DNA of 64,000 nucleotides from a virus (taxonomy: Duplodnaviria > Caudoviricetes): the IMG/VR virus record IMGVR_UViG_3300021387_001390, positions 2,054-66,053 of that record; one strand, given 5' to 3'. Made by a program: the position numbers and the translations under genes. This document shows positions 7,718-14,611 of this stretch, in pieces (positions within the stretch are counted from its first letter, which is position 1; every line of letters begins with the position of its first letter). The notes under the pieces are model-generated. The model saw nothing but the letters and a program-made list of their open reading frames with translations, was not told the origin of the DNA and made no database searches.

Positions 7718-8299
7718 GTGGAGGTTATGGATATGGGATTTAAGGATCTGTTCATCGAGCATGATGAACCAACAAAAGAAACAGAAAGATTTATTCCGGA
7801 AAACACAATGGGTGATAGTGACTACATGGAGGTCGCACCCGTGGAAGCGCCAGCAAATGACACAGAAGTTTTTGTGTCAGATGTTTACGACCGCAATAAT
7901 CTTTCAGATGTTTCAAAATCAATCTTTAAGGTAGAGGAATTATCAAGCACACTGCCAGAGGAAATGCCAAATGATGTTAAGCGTCAGACAGTATTAGGTA
8001 TTATGACTGCCGTTGGCCTTTCAGCAGACCAAGTGATCAATGATGGTATGGTCAGAATTCAGGCCCTTGAAGAATCAAAGGACACTATCACAGATAATCT
8101 TACTGCAGAGATTCAGAAGAATGAAAGTACTATTGAATCACTTAAGATTCAGATTTCTGAGCTGCAAAAAGATAATTCCATGAAACAGGCACAAATTATT
8201 TCTGTAAAAGACTCTTCAGACAAGGAAGTGAACAGAATAAAAGGGCTTATTGGCTTCTTAGGGACAGCAAGCATGTTTGAGCAGGAGGAAAAGAAATGA
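7718..8299 (+). CDS. Hypothetical protein (acidic N-terminus, C-terminal coiled coil), PspA-associated
   Basis: 193 aa, coupled to the PspA-like gene. Confidence 0.75.
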   Translation: MEVMDMGFKDLFIEHDEPTKETERFIPENTMGDSDYMEVAPVEAPANDTEVFVSDVYDRNNLSDVSKSIFKVEELSSTLPEEMPNDVKRQTVLGIMTAVGLSADQVINDGMVRIQALEESKDTITDNLTAEIQKNESTIESLKIQISELQKDNSMKQAQIISVKDSSDKEVNRIKGLIGFLGTASMFEQEEKK

Positions 8300-9105
8300 C
8301 TTTAGGCGCAGTGTTAGGCGTAGCTGCATTAGGTGTTGCAGGACTTATCTTTATTATGTTTCCCGAGGCAAGATCTTTGGGCAAAGGTTTCTTAAGACTT
8401 TTTGTTCAGGATATGGCGTCAACTCCTGAGGGAGCAAGGGCTATCTATTCAGAAAAGATCGAAGAACTGCAGCAAACATACAATGAAGCTTCAGATTCTT
8501 ATCGCATGGTAACCGGAGAATATGAGCAATCAAAGAAAGAATTACAGAATCTTCAACAAAGGCTTAGACAAGTCGAATCACAGTGCGAAACTCTTATGCG
8601 TATGGGTAATGAAGAGGGAGCCATAGTTAAAGCTCAGGAGCGTCAGGAAATTCTTGAAGACATCCAGCACGTTGGAGACATGATGGATAAGTACGAGGCA
8701 GCTATGAAAGAGGCCAAGGATATTTCATCCACTTGCGAACAGCAGCTCATTCAGATGAAAAAAGAGATGAAAGATACTATCAAAGAAATGCAGGATAACA
8801 AACGTATCTCAGAGGTTTACCAGAGAATGGATAAGCTCAGGAATACTACCGGTACAGATAAGATGATTGCTGCTATTCATGAAAAGAATGAAGACCTTGC
8901 AAAGATGGCTTCCGGTTCCAAGGCTGTATATCAGAATTCAACGGCTGCTAAGTCAAGGGCGGTTGAGCATGATGTGAGAAAACTTGAATCACAAGCTTAC
9001 CTTGATTCGTTGAGAGCAAAGTGTAATGTTCAGCCAAAGCTTGGCACAACAAATAAAGTGACTCTGTCACAAACAATGACTCAAAAGGAGAAATTAAAGG
9101 TATGA
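8296..9105 (+). CDS. pspA: PspA/IM30 (Vipp1/ESCRT-III-like) family protein with an N-terminal membrane anchor
   Basis: TM start followed by a long coiled coil with the PspA-like hairpin pattern (LQQRLRQVESQCETLMRMGNEEGAIVKAQERQ). Confidence 0.65.
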   Translation: MTLGAVLGVAALGVAGLIFIMFPEARSLGKGFLRLFVQDMASTPEGARAIYSEKIEELQQTYNEASDSYRMVTGEYEQSKKELQNLQQRLRQVESQCETLMRMGNEEGAIVKAQERQEILEDIQHVGDMMDKYEAAMKEAKDISSTCEQQLIQMKKEMKDTIKEMQDNKRISEVYQRMDKLRNTTGTDKMIAAIHEKNEDLAKMASGSKAVYQNSTAAKSRAVEHDVRKLESQAYLDSLRAKCNVQPKLGTTNKVTLSQTMTQKEKLKV

Positions 9106-10703
9106 AAGGTACAGTAAGATTAACCACATTTTCAAAAGTATTGATTCTGATTTTTATATTATTACTCATTGGTTCCGGAATATACACCGGCGTATCAAAA
9201 GGAGTGATCAAGAAACAAGACAACACTCAGACGCAATCATCCAGCGATGTTGTGACAACTAAGCAGACAAGTGATGCTAAAGCAATCCCTGAAAATAGCA
9301 GTGAGACAAACACTATCAATCTTTCTATTGATGAGTGGATCGGATATAAGCCTATTTTAGACGCTGCAGGCGGATTAACTACACAGTCTGGTTCCATTTA
9401 TGATCAACTTGGTATCAAAGTTAACATTAATATTATCAATGATCCAACACAAAGTTCCAATGCTCTTATTGCAGGAGACCTTGATGCTGCAGGATACACT
9501 ATCAACAGAGTAGCATTCCTTTCTCAGAAGTTTAGGGATGCAGATTGTGAAGTAGTATTTCCATATGTTACTAACTTCAGCAACGGCGGCGACGGTATTA
9601 TTGCCACAAGTAAGATTAACAGTGTTAATGACCTTGTTGGGGCAAAGATTGGGGTTCCACAGTTCGGTGAATCACATGCAATGATTGTATGGTTTGTACA
9701 GAATTCTAACCTCACAGATGAAGAGAAAAAGGATATTATTGATAACCTTATCCTTTTTGCTACTGCTGATGATACTGCAAAGGCTTTCTTTGCCGGAGAA
9801 CTTGACGTAGCAGCTACATGGGAACCATATCTTTCACAGGCACAAAGCATGTCCAATGCACATATTTTCTTCTCAACTGCTTCATCTAAGTCACTTATTA
9901 TGTCAGGTATTCTCTTCAGCAGAGACTTCACAGAGGCTAATCCTGAAACAGTTCAGAAGTTTATCCAGGGAACACTTATGGCTGCAGATATGTATGAAAC
10001 AGAGATGGAAACAATCAAAAATACAATGCCTATGTTCTCAACTGCTTCTGATCAGGATGTGTTAGATATGTGCGCCGGAGCCAAGCTTACTACTTGGGCT
10101 GACAATGACGAGCTGCTCGGCAATGAGGCAAAGAGTATTTATACAGCTATGTGTGATGTTTGGGAATCTCTTGGAGAAAATGTTGCTCCGGAAATGGTAG
10201 ATACCATGTTTGATAAGTCATTTAACGATGCAATTAAGGTTGCCTTTGCTGATGACAATACTCAGAAAGAAGTAACCAAGAGTTCTAACGTTACTCAGGT
10301 TACAGAGGAGAATAAGGATACAATCCTTAACGCGCAGGCTATGCTGACTAAATCCGCATCAGTTACATTCATAATCAATACTGCAAAGTTTGATGATCCT
10401 TCTGCAGCATCTTCTACATTGGATGAGTTTATTGAAACAGCCAAGATTCTTGATGGAACAATCATTGAGATTGCCGGTAATACAGACCCTAATCCTAAAT
10501 CAGATCCTGAGGATACTGCAAATAAACTTCTTTCAGAACAGAGAGCAGAAACTGTTAAGCAGTACTTCGTACTTAATGGCATTGATCCTAAGAGGATCAT
10601 TACTGTAGGTAATGGTTCTAGCAATCCTATGTATCCCAATGATACGGAAGAACACAGAGCTCTTAATAGAAGAACCGATGTATCATTCAAAATCATAGAG
10701 TAA
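9102..10703 (+). CDS. ABC substrate-binding protein (NMT1/THI5/SsuA-like) fused to a C-terminal OmpA/MotB peptidoglycan-binding domain
   Basis: TM anchor; SNGGDGIIA, AFFAGELDVAATWEPY; C-terminal IAGNTD...LSEQRAETVKQY...GNGSSNP...NRRTD. Confidence 0.85.
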   Translation: MKGTVRLTTFSKVLILIFILLLIGSGIYTGVSKGVIKKQDNTQTQSSSDVVTTKQTSDAKAIPENSSETNTINLSIDEWIGYKPILDAAGGLTTQSGSIYDQLGIKVNINIINDPTQSSNALIAGDLDAAGYTINRVAFLSQKFRDADCEVVFPYVTNFSNGGDGIIATSKINSVNDLVGAKIGVPQFGESHAMIVWFVQNSNLTDEEKKDIIDNLILFATADDTAKAFFAGELDVAATWEPYLSQAQSMSNAHIFFSTASSKSLIMSGILFSRDFTEANPETVQKFIQGTLMAADMYETEMETIKNTMPMFSTASDQDVLDMCAGAKLTTWADNDELLGNEAKSIYTAMCDVWESLGENVAPEMVDTMFDKSFNDAIKVAFADDNTQKEVTKSSNVTQVTEENKDTILNAQAMLTKSASVTFIINTAKFDDPSAASSTLDEFIETAKILDGTIIEIAGNTDPNPKSDPEDTANKLLSEQRAETVKQYFVLNGIDPKRIITVGNGSSNPMYPNDTEEHRALNRRTDVSFKIIE

Positions 10704-10729
10704 CAGGCAGAAATTAAAAGGATGACATT

Positions 10730-10921
10730 ATGGAACAAATTAAAATGCTAGATATAAAGGATCTTCAGAAGATTTTGAAGATTGGAAGAAATTCAGCATA
10801 TAACCTTATGAAGACGCCTGGTTTCCCGTCCATGCAGATGGGCAGGAAATGGCTGATATCGGAAGAAGCTTTTAAGGAATGGCTGAAAGATAACGAATAC
10901 AACAAAATCTGGGTTGACTAA
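10730..10921 (+). CDS. Excisionase-like HTH (HTH_17 type), copy 1
   Basis: MLDIKDLQKILKIGRNSAYNLM...FPSMQMGRKWLISEEAFKEWL. Confidence 0.85.
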   Translation: MEQIKMLDIKDLQKILKIGRNSAYNLMKTPGFPSMQMGRKWLISEEAFKEWLKDNEYNKIWVD

Positions 10922-10928
10922 ATCCTAG

Positions 10929-10958
10929 GATACTAAGGTGTCACAGCCTTAGTATCTA
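10929..10958 (+). terminator. Strong hairpin after xis copy 1
   Basis: GATACTAAGG-TGTCACAG-CCTTAGTATC. Confidence 0.5.
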
Positions 10959-10989
10959 TTAGCCACTTAGGTGGCAGTTGGTTATGACA

Positions 10990-11312
10990 ATGAACTACCA
11001 TCACCTATAACATCGGAAATGGTTTCTACAATACCAAAGTAGTATAGTAAGGCACGTTCACAGTGCCACTACTCCGTTGGACAGAGTCCTTCGGCATACT
11101 TTAAGTGTTATATATGCGCTTGTGGCGCGTGGAACTAAACACCTTGTATATTTTACGTGCCATAGGTTCTTGGTTTATTAGTTTCATGGCACAACCACCT
11201 ATATACAGTTTTCAATGTTCCGATTAATTTATCCTAACACGAACAGCTATTCGTGTAAAGGCGATTCATCCCACAACCGACTTCATCGGAAGGGGTTTTC
11301 TCGCTGAATTTT
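10990..11312 (-). mobile_element. 323-bp non-autonomous IS200/IS605 (TnpB-type) miniature element, copy A
   Basis: On the - strand: TTAT|AAAATTCAGCGAGAAAACCCCTTCCGAT...GGTGATGGTAGTTCAT|; related subterminal CCGAT hairpins at both ends; near-identical to 13607-13934. Confidence 0.8.
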
Positions 11313-11332
11313 ATAATTATGGAGATAATGAT

Positions 11333-11518
11333 ATGACAAGAATGTTAACTACTAAGGAAGTTTCTCAGATACTTCATATGGGAATTAATCAGACTAGAAA
11401 TCTAATAAATAGAAAAGATTTTCCTAAGATAAAGATTGGCGAAAGAAAATGGATTATTCCTGAAGATGAATTTGATAAATGGGTTCATTCTAATTTATAT
11501 AAGGACCTATCAAAGTAG
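11333..11518 (+). CDS. Excisionase-like HTH (HTH_17 type), copy 2
   Basis: MLTTKEVSQILHMGINQTRNLI...FPKIKIGERKWIIPEDEFDKWV; converges on and overlaps the integrase 3' end. Confidence 0.85.
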   Translation: MTRMLTTKEVSQILHMGINQTRNLINRKDFPKIKIGERKWIIPEDEFDKWVHSNLYKDLSK

Positions 11519-12709
11519 GCCCTTATACATATCTTTTTTCTGTTCTTCAATTACACTGTAATAAATACCATTAGTTGTTGATATATCATTATGGCCTGCT
11601 TGTTTACTAACTACCTCACTTGCAGCTCCATGACGTAAAAAATAACTGATTCCAGTATGTCTCAGTCCGTGCACTGAGACTTTTTTTTCTATACCGGCTC
11701 TTTTTAAAGCCTTTGATAATATATTATTCAAGTATTGATCCGGCATAGGATTCCCATGTTTTGAAAAGAATAAGAATGAATTTGGTTCTGCATTAGGGCA
11801 ACAGATTTCTATGTGCTTTTGTAAATGAAACATTGCCTGATCACATAAATAAAGCACTCGTCTACCTTTTTTTGTTTTTGGTGTAGTAAGAACCCATTCA
11901 TAGTTAGTTTTTGATTCCCTATCCCTGACTTTTTCTTTACCATAAGCCTTGTATATCTTAGCAGTATGCGCTTCAAAATCAATATCCTTATATTGAAGTG
12001 CAATCACTTCTCCAATTCTACAGAAAGACCACATGACAAACAAAAGCATATGTCCATAGGTGTATCCAACCATTCCTGGTTTGTAAGGTTTACTGAGCTC
12101 CGTAGTTAGTTTTTCTATTTCAATATCGTCAAGAATGATAAGAGCTTCTTCATCCTGAATGTCTTCAATATTATCGTAGCGGATCTGTTTCTTGGGTAGT
12201 CGCACAAGGTTCATGGGATTATTATTTATGTCTCTAGCATAATAATAATCAAAGAATTGTTTAAGCAAACTGAATGTTTTTTTTGCTGTTGATTCTGACT
12301 TTGATGTTATCAATTCATTGAGATGTTCTTGAATATCTTCTGAGGTTACATGTTGAATAGAAATTCTTCCGATTCTAGTATTCTTTATTTGATTATTGAA
12401 AGTTCCTTCAATTGTATCAAAGGATCTTCCTTTTAATACTGAACGTTTAAAAGTAAATAACCATTCATATATCCCATCCTGAAGAAGAGCTACTGCATTT
12501 GTTTCTGTAGGATGATGATATTTTTCTTTCTCTTCAAGTTCAGATTCTTTCTGCCTCATTTTCTTAAGACACTCTTGAGAAGTTGAGCCGTATATAACGA
12601 CTCTCTTCCCGTTTATCCGTTTCTGATATTGAATCAGGTCTTCTCTTCCCTTAACATAACTCATGCTTCCTTCGCCATATGGAAGCTTCGGCAATTCTTT
12701 TTTCTTCAT
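11510..12709 (-). CDS. int: Phage integrase (tyrosine recombinase)
   Basis: CRIGE, TPKT, HGLRHT, AGHNDISTTNGIY catalytic residues; adjacent to attP. Confidence 0.95.
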   Translation of the reverse strand: MKKKELPKLPYGEGSMSYVKGREDLIQYQKRINGKRVVIYGSTSQECLKKMRQKESELEEKEKYHHPTETNAVALLQDGIYEWLFTFKRSVLKGRSFDTIEGTFNNQIKNTRIGRISIQHVTSEDIQEHLNELITSKSESTAKKTFSLLKQFFDYYYARDINNNPMNLVRLPKKQIRYDNIEDIQDEEALIILDDIEIEKLTTELSKPYKPGMVGYTYGHMLLFVMWSFCRIGEVIALQYKDIDFEAHTAKIYKAYGKEKVRDRESKTNYEWVLTTPKTKKGRRVLYLCDQAMFHLQKHIEICCPNAEPNSFLFFSKHGNPMPDQYLNNILSKALKRAGIEKKVSVHGLRHTGISYFLRHGAASEVVSKQAGHNDISTTNGIYYSVIEEQKKDMYKGLL

Positions 12710-12799
12710 ATCAACCTCGTATGTAACTTCAAAACTTGTATGTAACTTTTGTATGTAACTTTAAAAGTTTTTCAAGGTGTTTTAAAGTGGTTTAAGGTG

Positions 12800-12828
12800 A
12801 TTATAGCATATTGAAATAAATAAGTAAA
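12800..12828 (-). promoter_or_regulatory. Integrase promoter
   Basis: TTTACT-17 bp-TATAAT with an extended -10 TG, pointing into int. Confidence 0.6.
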
Positions 12829-12866
12829 AAGCCCTGAAACGCTGTGGTTTCAAGGCTTTCTTTCTT

Positions 12867-12910
12867 AGCAGGGGAAGCAGGATTCGAACCCGCATGAGCG
12901 GTTTTGGAGT
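12867..12910 (-). other. att core: 3' half of tRNA-Trp(CCA) from the anticodon loop onward
   Basis: CTCCAAAACCGCTCATGCGGGTTCGAATCCTGCTTCCCCTGC with no D arm or 5' acceptor strand; followed by a terminator hairpin at ~12826-12860. Confidence 0.8.
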
Positions 12911-12997
12911 TTGTTACATATAGCTGCTGTAATATAGTAAATAAGCATGATTGACGATTTACCAATCAAATGTGTGTAACTTCGTGTGTAACTTTAG

Positions 12998-13069
12998 TAC
13001 AGACATCCTGACTCGAACAGGAAATACCTCCGTATCAGAGAGGCGTGATAACCATTTCACCATGTCTGC
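12998..13069 (-). tRNA. trnI: tRNA-Ile(GAT)
   Basis: GCAGACA/TGTCTGT acceptor; CCTCT-CT GAT AC-GGAGG. Confidence 0.88.
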
Positions 13070-13070
13070 A

Positions 13071-13144
13071 TATCCCCTATAGGATTCGAACCTACAGATG
13101 TGAGATTAGAAATCTCATGCCTTAATCCATTTGGCGAAGGGGAT
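13071..13144 (-). tRNA. trnR: tRNA-Arg(TCT)
   Basis: ATCCCCT/AGGGGAT acceptor; TGAGA-TT TCT AA-TCTCA. Confidence 0.92.
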
Positions 13145-13149
13145 AGGAG

Positions 13150-13221
13150 TGTTCCTCAGGCGACTCGAACGCCTAATTCCCGGTTCGTAGCCGGACAGTT
13201 TTTCCATTAGCTTAGAGGAAC
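13150..13221 (-). tRNA. trnR: tRNA-Arg(ACG)
   Basis: GTTCCTC/GAGGAAC acceptor; TCCGG-CT ACG AA-CCGGG. Confidence 0.88.
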
Positions 13222-13225
13222 ATAG

Positions 13226-13310
13226 CGCCGTGAACAGGGATCGAACCTGTCATCCCGTTAAGGAAACCGCTGATTAGCAATCAGGTGCCTTACCACTCGG
13301 CCACCACGGC
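13226..13310 (-). tRNA. trnS: tRNA-Ser(GCT)
   Basis: GCCGTGG/TCACGGC, anticodon loop TT GCT AA, long variable arm. Confidence 0.9.
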
Positions 13311-13314
13311 ATAA

Positions 13315-13401
13315 CGCTTCCACTCTGATTTGAACAGAGACACCGTATCCGGTTACTGCTTGCTTTCGAAACAAGTGCCTTACCATTAGGCTTATGGAAG
13401 C
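13315..13401 (-). tRNA. trnS: tRNA-Ser(CGA)
   Basis: GCTTCCA/TGGAAGC, CTTGT-TT CGA AA-GCAAG, long variable arm. Confidence 0.88.
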
Positions 13402-13407
13402 ATTGAG

Positions 13408-13492
13408 CGCCGCGACAGAGATTTGCACTCTGAAGGCTTTATAGGCCCAGAACGTTTTCAAGACGCCACCCTCGACTAATCGGACCCGCGGC
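13408..13492 (-). tRNA. trnS: tRNA-Ser(TGA), atypical D arm and TGCAAAT T loop
   Basis: GCCGCGG/TCGCGGC, GGCGT-CT TGA AA-ACGTT, long variable arm. Confidence 0.75.
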
Positions 13493-13496
13493 ATAG

Positions 13497-13581
13497 CGGT
13501 GTATATAGGATTCGAACCTATTCTCCCGTAAAGGAGCCTACTGTCTTCCAAACAGAGCCGTTACCATTCCGGCAATACACC
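13497..13581 (-). tRNA. trnS: tRNA-Ser(GGA)
   Basis: GGTGTAT/ATACACC, loop TT GGA AG, long variable arm. Confidence 0.88.
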
Positions 13582-13606
13582 ATATTCTTTTTATTCCAAA
13601 GATTAT

Positions 13607-13934
13607 AAAATTCAGCGAGAAAACCCCTTCCGATAAAATCGGTTGTGGGATGAATCGCCTTTACACGAATAGCTGTTCGTGTTAGAATAACTTAATCGGA
13701 ACATTGAAAACTGTATATAGGTGGTTGTGCCATGAAACTAATAAACAAAGTACCTGTGGCACGTAAAATATACAAGGTGTTTAGTTCCCAAGCGCCACAA
13801 GCGCACTAAACAATATTTACAAGTAAGCCAAAGAGTTTTTAACTCAATGGTCTAGTGGCACAGTGAACGTGCCTTACTATACTACTTTGGTATTGTAGAA
13901 ACCATTTCCGATGTTATCGGTGATGGTAGTTCAT
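13607..13934 (+). mobile_element. 328-bp non-autonomous IS200/IS605 miniature element, copy B (inverted relative to copy A)
   Basis: TTAT(13603-06)|AAAATTCAGCGAGAAAACCCC...ATCGGTGATGGTAGTTCAT|; same ends as copy A. Confidence 0.8.
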
Positions 13935-13968
13935 AAGACACCGGCTCTTACCATTGAACTATTGCCCA
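13935..13968 (-). pseudogene. 5' half of a tRNA, probably tRNA-Ile(TAT), broken at the anticodon by element copy B
   Basis: TGGGCAA-TA-GTTC-AATGGTAA-GAGC-C-GGTGT-CT-T|; the empty site restores loop CT TAT AA; no matching 3' half on the other flank. Confidence 0.6.
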
Positions 13969-13969
13969 G

Positions 13970-14005
13970 TAAAAAAGGTCTATCCATTTTGTTTGGATAG
14001 ACCTT
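13970..14005 (-). terminator. Bidirectional terminator-like hairpin
   Basis: AAAAAAGGTCTATCCA-TTTTGTT-TGGATAGACCTTT. Confidence 0.65.
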
Positions 14006-14035
14006 TGTCTCTCTTTATCTGCAGTTTTGCCTGCT

Positions 14036-14176
14036 TTAAGGATCTATCCATTTTCTGTATGAGTCTGTTCCCGCATAATCCAATCCGCCTAATGTGAGCG
14101 CATCAAGATTAAGCATACCGTTCACGTATGCTATGGGCGCTACTGTATTCAGATTGGTCATAGTAAACTGTCTCAT
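14036..14176 (-). CDS. 46-aa microprotein (MRQFTMTNLNTVAPIAYVNGMLNLDALTLGGLDYAGTDSYRKWIDP), not in the ORF track
   Basis: GAGGTG SD; has its own promoter, structured leader and downstream terminator. Confidence 0.6.
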   Translation of the reverse strand: MRQFTMTNLNTVAPIAYVNGMLNLDALTLGGLDYAGTDSYRKWIDP

Positions 14177-14301
14177 TGAAAATCTTTCACCTCATTATTC
14201 TGTAAAATAAGAAAAGCACCTTACCTACTCACGGCTCATGGGCATCAGTCTTGCGACAGCGCCACGGCTCGGTTTGTAGGACAGGCACTTCCTATGTATT
14301 T

Positions 14302-14330
14302 ATAATACAGTGACAAATTAAACATGTCAA
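14302..14330 (-). promoter_or_regulatory. Sigma70 promoter for the structured leader + 46-aa ORF
   Basis: TTGACA-17 bp-TATTAT. Confidence 0.7.
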
Positions 14331-14341
14331 CACTTTTTTGC

Positions 14342-14541
14342 AAAAAAAGGGACACACTACAAAATAGTGTGTCCCTTATGTGGGTTCCGTGCAACTAGTA
14401 TACACTCTCGTATCGTAGTCACACTACAAATGTTCGGGAGTGGCACTTCCCCCTAGATACACTCAGCTTTTAAAGACTTCATGTGTATTGGTCTGATGAT
14501 TTTTCACAGTTGCGGAAGGACTGGTACAATTAATTTGTACT
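14342..14541 (-). ncRNA. ~200-nt stand-alone small RNA candidate
   Basis: Promoter TTGTCA-17 bp-TATACT (14576-14548), terminator AAGGGACACACTA/TAGTGTGTCCCTT+T7 (14377-14342), no ORF with SD; closing helix TTCCGCAACT/AGTTGCACGGAA. Confidence 0.6.
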
Positions 14542-14611
14542 TGTTTCAGTATACCATTTATAGATTTCTCTGACAAGCGCCGTATCAATTAGGTTTAGGT
14601 TCTCTAAAAAA

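Larger units (their letters stand above)
12719..12994. repeat. attP region: five direct GTRTGTAACTT arm-type repeats flanking a tRNA-Trp core
   Basis: GTATGTAACTT at 12719, 12738, 12751; GTGTGTAACTT at 12972, 12984. Confidence 0.8.

Noticed and set aside
12719-12994. CRISPR or iteron array
   Set aside because: Only five 11-bp repeats with irregular spacing around a tRNA half next to an integrase; better explained as att arm sites
13258-13551. 97-aa ORF on the - strand
   Set aside because: It lies entirely over four tRNA-Ser genes; artefact
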